A stretch of 64,000 nt of DNA from Raillietiella orientalis. Its lineage: Eukaryota. Shown piece after piece: positions 24,528 to 36,450 of this stretch. Made by a program: the position numbers and the translations under genes. The DNA lies in the NCBI GenBank assembly GCA_036172245.1, contig JAYWIR010000001.1:9052001-9116000 (forward strand), written 5' to 3'. Positions within the stretch are counted from its first letter, which is position 1; every line of letters begins with the position of its first letter. Below the pieces are notes generated by a model, which was given only the letters and a program-made list of their open reading frames with translations, was not told the origin of the DNA and searched no databases.

Positions 24528-26184
24528 GGGACAGCAATTTGGGGGGGGGGAGGAGGAGGACTTCTTCCGGTAGAACTCCCACGTCGCCCCCGAACGCAAT
24601 TGCTGTCGGCAAGCGAGGACGCTGATCTTGGGCACTCTTCCAGGAGAGAGGGCAGCGTTCAGTTGGGAAGTGGGTGGTTGGTAACCGCTTCGGACGGAAG
24701 ATGCTCACACTTATGCGCTTGCCGACAATGGCGTCGGCGAGGTATGAGGGCGTGGTGAAAGCTGAAAAGCAGCATCAGCTGAGAAAGGCTACAGAGGTAA
24801 CAGTAAGGTGGTTGTAACAGACACAGTGGTAGTAGAAGTAGAAGAAAGTCGCGGGAGATAGAGTGGCCACAGTAGAATTGGTCCCAGCCTCTAGAGTACT
24901 CGCTGAGTGGCAACGATGGAATTGTCTGCAGCAGTGGTGGTAGACGAGCTCGAAGGCCCACTTAAAGTGGCAACGCTAGAAATTTTTCGAGTCGGATGCG
25001 AGTCGTCTGGACCTCAGAGGAAACGCTAGCACAAGAGTAGTGCAGGCGCGTGTCTCTCTGTGTGCTCGCAGACGCTCGCTGGCTTTGCCTGCAGTGCTTT
25101 GGCCGAGGGACGCTCCTCCTGAATCGTCTACTGAATCCGGGAATGAGTCTCAATCCCTGTCACGCATCCCGTGATGTTGAACGGAACTGCTTTCGAATCC
25201 TCGGGCCCGATGCGCACGCTCCGCGAATATCCCGCTCGGTTCCGTAGCCCACGAGCTCGGACGCGCAGAGGTTGAGGCTTATGGAGCTGCTTCTGCGGAA
25301 ATCTGCGTCTTCTATGCCAATCTATCTGCCCTCACGGGGGGTCTCCCACCGGCTTCGAGACCGCACGTCCGAAACTGCGTCTCCTCGAAGGACGCCGGCC
25401 ACCTTCCCCCCCGAAGCCGGAGACTTCCATCTCGAGGGGCCTGAGCAAGCCAGTTCTGGATGCAGCGTTTCTTTCGGGCCCACGCCCACGACATGTCCCG
25501 AGGCGCAGCCACTTCCATGACATCTTACTACTCACTCATCATGCTCGCGTCATGTCAGCATGACGTGGGGCGCCGCGGCGAAAGGTGCCCGACGCGTGTC
25601 CAGCCGACTTTATCTCACTCTTCCACGCTCCCCCGGAAGAAAAGCGCGCGGGCCTCTTCAGGGGAACTGCCGTTTCGATGTGAAGTCGCGTGGGAGGGGC
25701 GCGTCTGCGTCTACGCGACGACTGCCGTGAGCTGGAATGCGAGAAGACGCGTCCCCTTCCGGTTTCCGACTACCCGTCCAGCGAATAAAGGGAGACACGA
25801 TGGAGCGGCTGGGGAGTTTCCACCTTTGGCGTTTTCGCGTCCGGACGCGCGCGCGCGAAGGAAAGGATCGCGTGGAGATCCACACTGAGAGTGGGGCTCG
25901 AGATGCTGCTTCTGCCACGAGCCCAAGCGTACCCGGGTTCCTGGTCCGCAGACCTCAAGGCGGTGGTGTTTGCTCCCGGATGCAAGTGCTGGCGGCAGGA
26001 GAGGAACCGCCGATCTCGGGCACTCTTCCCTGAGGGAGAGGGCGAGAAGTGGACGGATGACAAGGCAACCGCTTCTGACGGGAGCTCCTCCTGCTGCCCG
26101 CTTCCCAGCAGAGAGCCACAAGCAGTGCGCCACACCCACGGAAGAGGGGCGTCGCCGGTTCAACATCTGGAAGCCTCCGGAGCC

Positions 26185-26630
26185 CGTGTACAGAAGGACA
26201 CATGGTCACTGTACCGTGTGCATAGGGTCATTTTCCTGGATGCATACGGACACTATGTCATCACGTTACAGTATCAGCAATATGTACACGATTCTACCTC
26301 CATGAAGGCTACACCATGTACAGAAGGTTACCCAACTGTGAATACATGGATGTACATTATTATTGAATACACTGATACTATAGTACATGCATTATGCTTT
26401 TCTGTGTGTGCTGTGCAGAGTGCATCACACTGTGCTATTTATACTATTCCATAATGTATGCAATATACAGTATTTCTCTGTACACACAAAGTAGATGCTG
26501 TATGCCCGTGGACTTCAAACTATCAACGCATATGGTATACCAAACACATGAACAATGCATGACTATATGCAGAAATACTATACTGTGAACACCATGCTGA
26601 ACTAGACTGTACATACCAGCACATGCACCG
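26185..26630. repeat. AT-rich degenerate simple-repeat island (TACATG/TATGCA/TACTGT units)
   Basis: Sharp compositional island in GC-rich flanks with recurring short motifs. Confidence 0.6.
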
Positions 26631-27439
26631 GCGAGTGACCCTGGCGGAGGAGGAGGCAGCGGTGGAGGGAAGAGTTTTCCGCCCGCGCACAAGGGGACAA
26701 AACCCTTCCCACTGCATCCTCTGTTCCCCCCCTTTTCTACTCCGAACCTCCCCTTCTACCGTCCGAGGCACGGCGGTCCTCCAGGGCCCTCCTGCTTGCC
26801 GCGAGCGAGACGCGCGCCCTTCTGGGACCCGCAGAACCGGACGCCGCTCGGGCAGGACGTCTCCACGCCGCGCCGGTGGAGACCGATGAGGTCAGGTGTC
26901 CGCCATGTGGCCCCACGGTGATGTCTCCTCCCCCGCCTAAGGGCGGGAAACGCCCTCCCGCTCCCACGCCTGGATCTCTCCGCCGAAGAGGAGGCTTTCC
27001 TCAGCTTGCCGCTGGCGGAAAATGAGCCAGGTAGCAGCTGCAGCGCCAGCGATCCCGTTCTGTTCTCACTCCGCTGATCCCGACCCCGTTGGAGAACCCT
27101 CTCTACCAGCAGCTAGAGAGAGGGAGGACGTCCACCATGTTGGTTGCTCTCGGGTTCGCCTCCACGGCGGAGCCAGCACACCCTTTTGCTGCTGCTTCCA
27201 GTCTGCATCCCGGAAACACCAGATGTGGGCCTCAGCGTTTTCTGCTCGGTGTTCTCCACCCAACCTGCAGGGTTCTTCCGTTCTTCCGCCGCCGCCGCAC
27301 CACCTTCCGGTTTCCAGGGCCTCAGAGAGGAGGATTCGGGGATCTCTCGCTCTGCGTCGGGCAGTCCACGGAGGACCGAGCGGGTAGGAGACTGCTCTTG
27401 TCCTCCTTCTCCCATCTCGCCTCTTCTGACGCCTGTTGA

Positions 27440-28530
27440 TGATCCCAGGGGCGAATGACCTCCACCTGCCCTTTGCCCTGGAGCAGCTTGCCCGGATTCT
27501 ACTTCAGGTCTGTTCCTGGGACAGGATGACTGCAGGTCATCAGCTGCCTCGTGTTTTAGGGCAGCTCTCTCGACCCGGCCCACCAGCTGTTCGAGCCTTT
27601 CGTTGTCCAGAGTTTTTTTGTTGGCGCGACGACTGAGAGCGAGTATCTATCCGCGCTCCCCCCTTGCAAACGATGTCTTTCCTGAGAAGGGCACGTAACA
27701 ACAGCCAACTGCCGAGGTGGGAGGTCTCCTGCGAGATCGCAGACAGGAGGAAAGGACCATGGGACATCTGGCGGATGCCGCGACCCCAAGTGTCCTTCTA
27801 CGAGGACTACGGAGCTGGGGCGGGCTGCTCGGTACTTCCAGCGAAGACCTAGAGTGGTCTCGGTACTCAAGAACAGCAGCGCCCTCCCCCTAAAGTGGCA
27901 GGGGTAGGCACTTCCGCTGTTGCAGCGGGGTCTTCCTTGCAACGCATGCTGACATCACTGGGGAGTGCGAACCTGGACTGTCACAGGTGCGGGGAACGGG
28001 AATCCCTCCCGCACCTGCTTGTGGATTGTGTTGCCCTCCGGTCCCTGTGGGAACCTTTTGGGACGACCCTATGGACTCCGATTGGCAATCCCAGGGACCT
28101 TGTAAAGCTCCTCTTCACACGGGATGCTCTACTGCTAACTGCAGCCTTAACAGCTCTTTGCTGCCTCCACGGAGTTGCGGCGTCCTGGAGAGACGCTGAA
28201 ACAGCGGCGAACGAGAGGGACTCCATCAAGTATGCACTATGCTTACTGCGAATAGCAGCCAGGTGGCTCCACCTGGATACAATGAGGACCGACCTAGCCC
28301 AGCATGCTGAAAAGGATGCTGAGGACTCCTTCCAGCGGACTGTGATCCCCTTCCCGCCCTCCATAGTATTTTTATTTATTTTCTCTTTTACTTTTCTTTT
28401 TGTTTCCCCTTCTGCTCCGCTGCTGAGGTGAATTTCGCTGGTCCGCGGTCCGTGAACCCTGCTGGTCGATGAACAAATTGAACGTGGTAGGACCACAAGT
28501 GTTCCACTACAATCGTTGTAAGTTTTGAAA
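27440..28530 (+). mobile_element. L1/Tx1-like LINE 3' fragment (zf-RVT)
   Basis: DCHRCGERESLPHLLVDCVALRSLWEPF…AALTALCCLHG…KDAEDSFQRTVIPF followed by a T-rich 3'UTR. Confidence 0.75.
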
Positions 28531-29011
28531 AATGCTACAGAGTGATCAGATGGTAACACTCATCCGCTCTTGGTTGTTGGTAACCAGGTCTCCATGACCA
28601 GCGACCGTGAGGGCACACACACGGGTATCTGTTACCCTCCGGGAGTTCCTGCCGGCGGGAGCTGCCTTGCACCATCGCAGGCACGGAGGTCTGAGCGCCC
28701 GGGGATCTCGGCTGTTCGGCGCCGTCTCCACGCTTCTCCACCGCCTGAATGGAACGGGTCGTCGAGCAACCGCCCTAGACATCCCTGCGGAGGAAGTATC
28801 GCGGTGCGCCCACCGTTTCTCCGCAGTCCCATCCTGCCGTTGCAGTGGTGGGAATCGGCGACCCGATGGTTTCATCAGGGCTCGCCTTGCGGTCAGTGCC
28901 GTCACCGCCGGACCCCGCGAGGAAGAGTCGCTCCCACCCGCATATGACGGGGTCTTGAGGAAACGTTGCGCCAGTCACACGTCCGAAAGACTCGATCCCA
29001 GGACTCCACGA

Positions 29012-29385
29012 TCTGGGATGTCGAAATTCCCGAAAACCCGAAAAATCACAATCCCGAAAGATGAAAATCCCGAAAATGTAATTCACCTCCAGCTGATCGT
29101 TTGTTGGAAATGATAGAAAAACGAAATACACAGCGTAGCGAATTCTACACAGCGATGGTGGCAGAATTGAAAATGACGACGGAATGATAAAGCAAAAAAT
29201 AAGAAAGAAAAAAGGAAAATCCGGGATATGGGAACGCATATCTCGAATTATGGGTAACTGCACGGTGGCGAGTCCGTAAGAGCTTAACATTAACCCTATT
29301 TTGAGGTCACGATGGATTTTCGATCCCGGATTGCAATCCACCTGCAGTGGTTGTGGTTTGCAGGATTTTCGATCCCGCAAACCGC
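29012..29385. mobile_element. Possible non-autonomous DNA transposon (MITE-like) with subterminal CCCGAAA repeats
   Basis: Four CCCGAAA units at 29029-29076; inverted counterparts GGATTTTCGATCCCG twice at ~29314 and ~29363; AT-rich interior. Confidence 0.35.
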
Positions 29386-29420
29386 AAGTCTCATCCAAAA
29401 AGGGCACTTAAGAGGGGCCG

Positions 29421-29582
29421 AAAGCCGAACTGGCGAGAAGTGGTAGCAGCCTCGGCTGCGTTCAGAGATGACCCTTTGCTCGAATATTTTGAGGGTTTTT
29501 GTAGACAGAAAAGCCGAACTGGAGAGGGGTGATGGCAGCCCTGGTTGCGTTCAGAGATGGCTCGAATGCCTTGAGGGTCTTT
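29421..29582. repeat. Imperfect ~90-bp tandem duplication
   Basis: AAAGCCGAACTGG…GCGTTCAGAGATG…GCTCGAAT…TTGAGGGT occurs twice. Confidence 0.8.
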
Positions 29583-32240
29583 CCATTTTTCCTTTGAAGG
29601 ATCACCCGAGGATCCGCGTCACATCGCCAGTTGAATCCCTCTGTTGCCGGCTCACTCTTTCTTGCGAAGAGCACGAGAAGGCGAGCAACAAGCAACAGCA
29701 ACAGGAAGTGAAGTACCGCGGCAGAGAGGTGCTTTCTGGCGATTTCAAGCTGCGGTCGCGGGACGGAGAAGCAGCACGGATGGCGCTTGCAGGCTGTCCT
29801 CTTTTTGCGGAATGTGACGGCGAATTGTAGGCCACACCTCCGCGAACCTCTGAAGCTGATTTGGTCGAAATCGCGCGTAGGTCGCGTTAGTCGGCTGACG
29901 TGAATCGCACCGGAGCGAACCTTTGAGGGTCTGCTGCAAGGAGCATCCGCACCTCGACGAGGCTCCCGCTGCTGGTGAACCCGTGGATCCCTGCTTGCTC
30001 GTATCAGGATGACGTCTCGGTGTTTCAGCGCCCCTATGACCTGCAACAGACGTTCGGCAGTTCGTGCGTTCCAGTTCGAAGGCTGCAGTTTCCTCACCGT
30101 GGGGACTCCGAGTTTTCCAGAAATTCCTACCACAGCCTCGCGCTCGGACACTGGATTCCAGCAGCGCATCGACAGCCGAGCGGACAGCCGGCGCTTTCGA
30201 CCTTGTCGAAAAGCCATGGAGAGACTCGGCGCGCTCACGGCTCGATGGAGTCAAGATGGACGGGGCGACGGCACGTGCATCTCGTGGTTTCGTATTAATG
30301 TGGAAGGTCAAGAGTGTCACGTGTCATGCACTGCACGTGTTGTGTGCGTGAGCGTCGGTGATCCAATGATAATAATGTTGCTTGCGTGGGTGATAGGTTT
30401 CATGAGGGACTGTGCGTCCCCAGGGGGACAGAGCACGCGGGCTTTGGTAAACTTGTCGGGTCATGCGATAATGACAACGATCAGGATGCTGGCTTGTTGG
30501 CAACGAAAGGTGAGGGCGCTGAGGGAGTCTGCTCCTTTGCGCAGCGTGGCCAAGAAGCCTCTGTGCACTGCCTCTCTGCTGTCTCTGCTATTCCGGGTCC
30601 TAGCTGGGATGTCTTGGAAGGGCCCAGTCGTCATTAGGAAAGGTGAGGAGGGACTGTCGGAAAGAAGCGAAAGTGCTCCAGGATCTCCAGTGTCCGAATG
30701 GCTGGGATGTGCACTCCGAGGAGGCTGACAGATGATTTCGAGGGTCGCTTAGGAATGTATTTTATTATCATTTTTTTAAACCTCTGCTCAGTACCCTTCT
30801 GTGCGTCGAGGCGATGGAAAGCTTCTTCGCCACTCAGCCGCCCCTGAAGATGGACCAGCGCGCCCGTTGCACCGGAAAAGGACGGAGGAGTCCTGACTAC
30901 ACACTGCAGGATCATTCTCCTTGTCCGTTTTGGACGGCGCCAAAGTCTTCCACGCGAAGGAGTGCGCAGGCACCTGCATCTCACAGCTGGGATCGGAGGG
31001 GTGGAGCCCCTAGTCCGCGGGTAACTCCCGGACTTGCCTGAGGGCGGGGGTTTGGAGACACGGAGCTATACAGTCTTCGCTTGGAAAGGTCTGGGAGCGC
31101 GAGTGGCGTTCTTTCCTGGGTGTGATCGGGTTGCCTCCTTGTGCCGGGAGAAGTGATGAGTGAGAGAAGAGTGGTATGGGTTGGCTGTTGGTTGCGGTCC
31201 ATCTGCTGGTACCTCGTCGGAGCCTCCAGCAGGCGACAAAAGGTCGATAGGGCGGAGCTTCGGCCCATCAGATGTTCAAGGGGCTGATAGAAGAATGGAA
31301 TGGATGGAAGCACGATTTTTTTTCCTTCCCCTTTTTAGATGGGTGTCTCGGAGCCCACAAGATAGGAAAAGCAGGACCCTTGAAGACGGGGAGAAGAAGG
31401 CAGAGGGCAGCTCTGTAGGCTCTTCTCCCACGCGAGTGGTGAAATGCGGTGTCTGCGTGACGAACGCAGGCCTCCTGACTTCCCATATCGCCTCTTTTCC
31501 CGACGCTTACCTCGCCGATTTTACGGGATCCCTTTGTTAAACGGGAGGGATCCCTGCAGGACCTGATACTCTGCTGACGCTGTGGTCACCCACGGGCCTG
31601 CTCCCTGCTCTCGTGAGTGGTTTACTTTTCCCTGGGTGGTGGTTCATGGGGAGGATTGCAGCTCCTTTGCCACCGGGAGTTGTTGGGCCGATTTGTGGGT
31701 CAGTAGAGTTCCTCTTGCTGGACACAGGAACGAAAAAGAAACAAGTAGGGGAGAGGGTGGCAAGGGGAGGCCACCTAATAAGTCAGCGGCGACCCTGTCG
31801 CGACTCGCTCAACCAGCGCTTGCTCGGCGACGAGAGCTCTGTGGTCCACCTTGCTTCTTGGGAGCACCTGCTGATGTTTAAGGGAAGACCTAACCCTTTA
31901 GAGTAACACAGCAGAAGACTTCACGTTTCCTCCCTAATCAGTGCGTGCAGGAAGCCAGTTCCCAAGGATCGGCTCACCTGCTCTTGCACACAGTCTTTCA
32001 AAAGAAGGGTACAACGATTTTCCCCTAAACGCCAGTCGGAACCTCTAAAGCACGAAGAGCTTCCATTACCGAAAAATTCCTTCGAATCGTTGCTCAGAGA
32101 CAGACAGTTTTCAAGAGAGGGAGGATCTGTCTCGTTCCTAAACACCCCAACCGGAAGAACAAGCTCATCCTTAGGGGCTCGCGTGATCCAACAGTTCTCT
32201 TAGAGCACGAGGCTGCAGGTTATCAAGCAGCAATGGCGTG
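29450..32240 (-). mobile_element. Decayed CR1/L2-like LINE 5' half (ORF1 and APE endonuclease remnants)
   Basis: WRLGENRCTLLL (ORF1 RLG..RP-like, ~32020); endonuclease-like RDSREAVHRGFL, SILIVVIIA*P and NIIIIGS motifs in order at 30620-30350. Confidence 0.4.
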
Positions 32241-32338
32241 GTCAGTTGGAGGCACGCTGGTCAGCTCTCCCACAGGTCGATTTTTTCCCGTACGATGCTT
32301 CATGGACGAAGTCTATTTTTTTCTTCCTTTTTTTAGTT

Positions 32339-34281
32339 TCCGGACGTGGAATCCGTGCGGTGTACGCCCTTTGTCCTACGCCCTGACGTGTGATCACCGT
32401 GCGTTGCACGGAGCGTTGCGGATTCGAATCCCTCCAGGCAGAGGATCGAGGCCAAGAATGGGAGGAGAGGGTGCATCGTGGGTTTCGAGTTCTACCTGCA
32501 GGACGACTCTGGTTGGGCCATTCGGGTGCGGCACTGGTTGACACCCAGTCACGCCGGGGCGTTTATTTCTAAACCTACATGTCTGTGGCAGGACGTTTGA
32601 TCCTGCCACATTACTTATGAATAGGAACAGGAAGCTGCCGGGATCTGGTACGCAGGCCAGCAGGATGCGACTCGGCAGCACGAGGGAAGGGAAGACAAAC
32701 AAAAAGAGAAAAACAAAGAAAAACTGCAGTCAAGAAGGATAAAGGGATCACTGTGTGTTGGAGGGTGCCCTCTGCATCCTTGTAAGGATGCCGGCAAGTT
32801 CCTGTTATATGGTTCCCAGATGGGATCATCTTGACACTATCCTCATGTAGAGGACAGCAAAAATGGATGGCATCCCTGTCTTTCTGTCCTCTGACGTTGC
32901 TCCATACTGCCAAATTATGCAAATTATGCGTAGGCAGCACAGTGCTGTTAGGGATGCGGTCGGCGAGAGGGCGCCGCTCAGGAAGAGGCGTTTTAAAACG
33001 TCTCTGGCACTGCCGCCAGGGGTTCCGAGGCCCGTAACCAAGCGTCCCCAAAGGGGCTGGAGGGCAACACAGTCTATCAGGAGGTGCGGGAAGAAATTCT
33101 GCTCCCCGCACCGTGCACAGTTTGGGTTCACACACCCCCGTGTCCATAGATGCCGGCGGGCGTTGCATGGGAGACTCCAATGCAGTATCATCAACGTCGA
33201 CTCCTTCAAAAGGAGGGTGCAGGTGTTCAGGAGCAACCGGGGGCCACTGTAGGTCTTCCTCCGGAATACCGAGTAGCATGCCCCAGCGCAAAAGTCCACG
33301 AGGTCGAGCACTCGGGGTCGCAGCGTCGGTGAGCTGGCCCATCGTGCAATCGTCCAGTCCTTTCCTCCTTCCGGAGATTTCGACAGTAATCTCCCATCTG
33401 GCCGTAAGGCTGCTGCCCAGATGCTCCCTAAGGGAGGGTAGCGCAGCGGCGAGGGAGGTTCTGTTTGCCCATGTACTCTTCGCGGGATCTTCCAAGATCT
33501 CCTGGAGCGTGCACTTGTTGAGAGCGTGCAGGGAACGTCGCCCTTGTTCCGCGCTTGGCTCCTGGATCTTCGCCCACGTGCGGACGGTTTCTTGCAACCA
33601 GGCATTATCGTTCGCGAGGCGGCACTGGTGGAAGCCAGAAACCCCCGTTGAGGTGGCCAGGACTGGGAGTAGACCATCCTGGGTCCTTCCAGGAACCAAC
33701 AGTCGGTTCCCCTCTGGTTGTGATAATGGAGCCGTACCATGGAGCTGGTTGATACCCCCATCAAGAGGTAGCCTCTCCAGAGCGTAGGAAGCGCTTTTCT
33801 TTTCAGGGAGCGGACCCTTCAGAGAAATTTGGAAGCGTCCCTTGCGGGGTTTCTCTTCCGAAGGATAAACAAGGGACGGTTCCTTCCGAAGAATAAATAC
33901 CTGGAGCGGATCCTTTCTGCGTTCCCTCCGGAGAAGTGGAGGTATCTCCCTCTGTGGGGTCCCTCCTGAGAGAATAAGAAAAGGTGGTTTCCTTCGGGGC
34001 TGCCTCCCCGTAAGAGGAACAACTTCTGGAGCTTTCCCAGATTCATAGGGTGGTTCCTAAGGGGTTGCGCCCTTCAACTTGGAGAGTTGACACGTACCCT
34101 CAGGTGGCATGGGCACCGTCAGAGAGCTTCGTGAGCCCCTGAACAAACGGTTCTTTGGTACTTAGTAGACCTCTTCTCCTCCCCCTTCCCCCCCAAAAGG
34201 AACGCCCCTCAAAAAACAAAAACAAAGCTGAAAGGGAAACAGCGAAACAGAAGAATCCTAAAAGATTTCCATCATTGCCCC
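32339..34281 (+). mobile_element. tRNA-headed SINE-like repeat, copy A (contains LINE insert 32538-33618)
   Basis: B-box-like GGATTCGAATCC at 32420-32431, second GGTTTCGAG motif. Body and tail (…CCATGGAGCTGGTTG…CCTCAGGTGGC…AAAAGATTTCCATC) are shared with the copies at 39.3, 43.5, 53.3 and 58.8 kb. Confidence 0.75.
32538..33618 (-). mobile_element. 5'-truncated L1/Tx1-like LINE fragment (ORF2 C-terminus with zf-RVT zinc knuckle plus 3'UTR) inserted antisense in SINE copy A
   Basis: ILHWSLPCNARRHLWTRGCVNPNCARCGEQNFFPHLLIDCVALQPLW (CxxC..H..C..W), frameshifted. Flanked by direct repeats GCGGCACTGG at 32528-32537 and 33619-33628. Confidence 0.8.
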
Positions 34282-34339
34282 ATGGGAGAGGGTGGAGTGG
34301 AGCTCGCACATGCTGACCCCATGAGTGACTGCTAGTTGG

Positions 34340-35830
34340 GTGTAAAGAAAATGGACTTCACGTCAAGTCTGCACAGCTCTTGGAGAAACAGCCTCAACAT
34401 GCACCCCAGAGGAAACCATTTCATTCACACGAGATGCACAGAAGATGCGTTGTCGTGGCGTTGGCTTCAAAGACGCCAAATACTCGGAAGTGAAGTGGAA
34501 TCCTTCTCCAGAATGGTCGTCTTGAATTCCAGCAAGAATCGCGAACGCGGCGCAGCAAGTCGACCTCACGCATCTTCAAGATGGGGGGTGGTGGTGGACA
34601 GGAACTCTCCACGAGAGGAAGCTGGTGCAAGCTCAGCACTGCAGGCAGTGGCTCAATCTTTGCGGATTATCCATCCAACCCACGTGCAGGAAGATCCACG
34701 CTCATGGGGTAGGAGGCTGCTGGCACTCAGAAGTACTGCGATCAATCTCATAGAGAATTCATCCAGTATAAGGAAACGCCCGCCAGTCTTCGCAACGCCA
34801 TCCGGGGACGAGAATGCGCGAGGGTTTCTCACAGCCTCCTGGACGCCGGAGGCTGTGTCTTGCGATCACTCTCGGGAAGTACTCGGCAGTACACCGCTCA
34901 AACGTAGGGGCATCCACAGTTGGGAGCAGCAGCTTGTTGGAGCAGAGGATGCAGGGTTCCTCCTTGCAAGGGTTCGCCCTGAGTTGCTCCCACTTGGGAG
35001 CCCACATTCTCTACGTCCCTGTCGACGGTGTCCAGAACTACGTCCGTGCTGTAACTTCGGTAGACCTCCATCCAGAATCGGCTTATACGAAGCGAGCTCA
35101 CGGATGGAGTGCCCAAGAAACCAAGACAGTTCGAACACTGAGGATGCCAGCTGCCTTCCTTGTACATCGTCTCGGCAGGAGATGGAGATCTGCGTTTCCG
35201 ACGGAGAAGGATCTGAAGATGTATTCTCCCACCGCCATCTCTATTTACCCGGGGACCCATACTTCTGTAGAAATCCCGAATGCTTTCAGGGATAGGTTCC
35301 TCGCAACACAGTGCGAGCAGGTGGTGCGCATTAGAATGTAGAGTTCGGTGACCTGCTCCCCTCCACGTTCGCCGGTGCATTTGGTTTTTGAGGGCCGCCG
35401 CTACCGCGTTCAAGCACCGCAGAACCCTCCAAGAACTGTGGCAGAGGCTGCCTTCAGCGCTCCTGCACCGGGGGGACACCGCCATCGACGTGATGCGGCG
35501 GTTCTTCACGCGAGGCGGCCTCTCGCTAGGCGCGGTCATCGCGAAGATAAGTTTCATGCGCGCCATCGTCATGGCCCACCATGTGCTGGTGAGCGGAGAA
35601 CGGTTGCCAGGCTTGCAGATGCCAACATGAAGACGGCTTCTAGGGGACTTCATCTTAAGAAAGTGAGGAAGGAGGTGGTTGGTTCTGAAGAGAAGGAATG
35701 GCCGAAACCAAAAGACCCCTGTTCTTCCTTTATATCTTTTTTTGTATTTTTTAATATATTTATGGTCCCCTCCCTTAAGTTCCGGACTTTCAGAGTGCCC
35801 GACCTGCGTGTTGGGGTGCCCTCTTCTTGA
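34340..35830 (+). mobile_element. Diverged decayed LINE fragment related to the zf-RVT family
   Basis: LQELWQRL…GDTAIDVMRRFFTRGGLS resembles LQPLWGRL…GGSARDVLKRLFLSGALS; tail is homologous to 63050-63170. The 5' boundary is uncertain. Confidence 0.45.
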
Positions 35831-35999
35831 ACTTCTTCTCTATTAGTTTCTAGATGGTTTGCTCACTTTTTCTGAAATATGGCGCAACCGGGTGATAAAC
35901 CACCGCAACACTGGCAATCGCCGTTTAGAAGAAAGAAGCCAAGGAAACCTCCATCCTTGCGCAGGTCTCCAGTCGCAGGGGGACACTGCAGGAAGATTC

Positions 36000-36450
36000 C
36001 TTTAAGAAGGATCACCAATAATCAGAAGCTCCGTTGGCATCCAAGGATTTCCTTCTGCGTCCTTCCGCATGTGACGGCTGCGCTCTTCGCCCGCCGGAGC
36101 GCATGAGAGTCGCCAGGCATTTCCGCTAACAAAGGACGGATTGAACCTGCGAAAATTCTCGGGGAAGGGACGGGAATACGATGCAAAGGTTCCTGCTCTT
36201 TGAGACACGCCTGCAAAGTCGTCGGATGGAGGAGCTTCCCCAGCAAAGAGATGCAGGCGTGCTTTAGAGGAGACGTGTCTTGCACTGAACCAAGCAGAGG
36301 CTTTACCGAGGGCCACCGACCGTTAGTCGCCATGCGAGCAAGGAGTAGGAAATAGGTCCGTGCATTTTCGGGTATTCCGGCGAACTCCCAGATGCTTCGC
36401 ACGCTTTTCAGACGTGTGTGGTCATCCTCCCGGAAAAGTCAAGCAGCAGC
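36000..36450 (-). mobile_element. Non-LTR RT N-terminal remnant (RTE-like)
   Basis: IWEFAGIPENARTYFLL…CISLLGKLL resembles IWxxGxxPxxW…ISLLxxxxK. Confidence 0.3.

Noticed and set aside
32611-33764. Two long overlapping minus-strand ORFs (362 and 312 aa) as a novel gene
   Set aside because: They are two frames of a frameshifted LINE ORF2 C-terminus that happen to read in from antisense SINE sequence.
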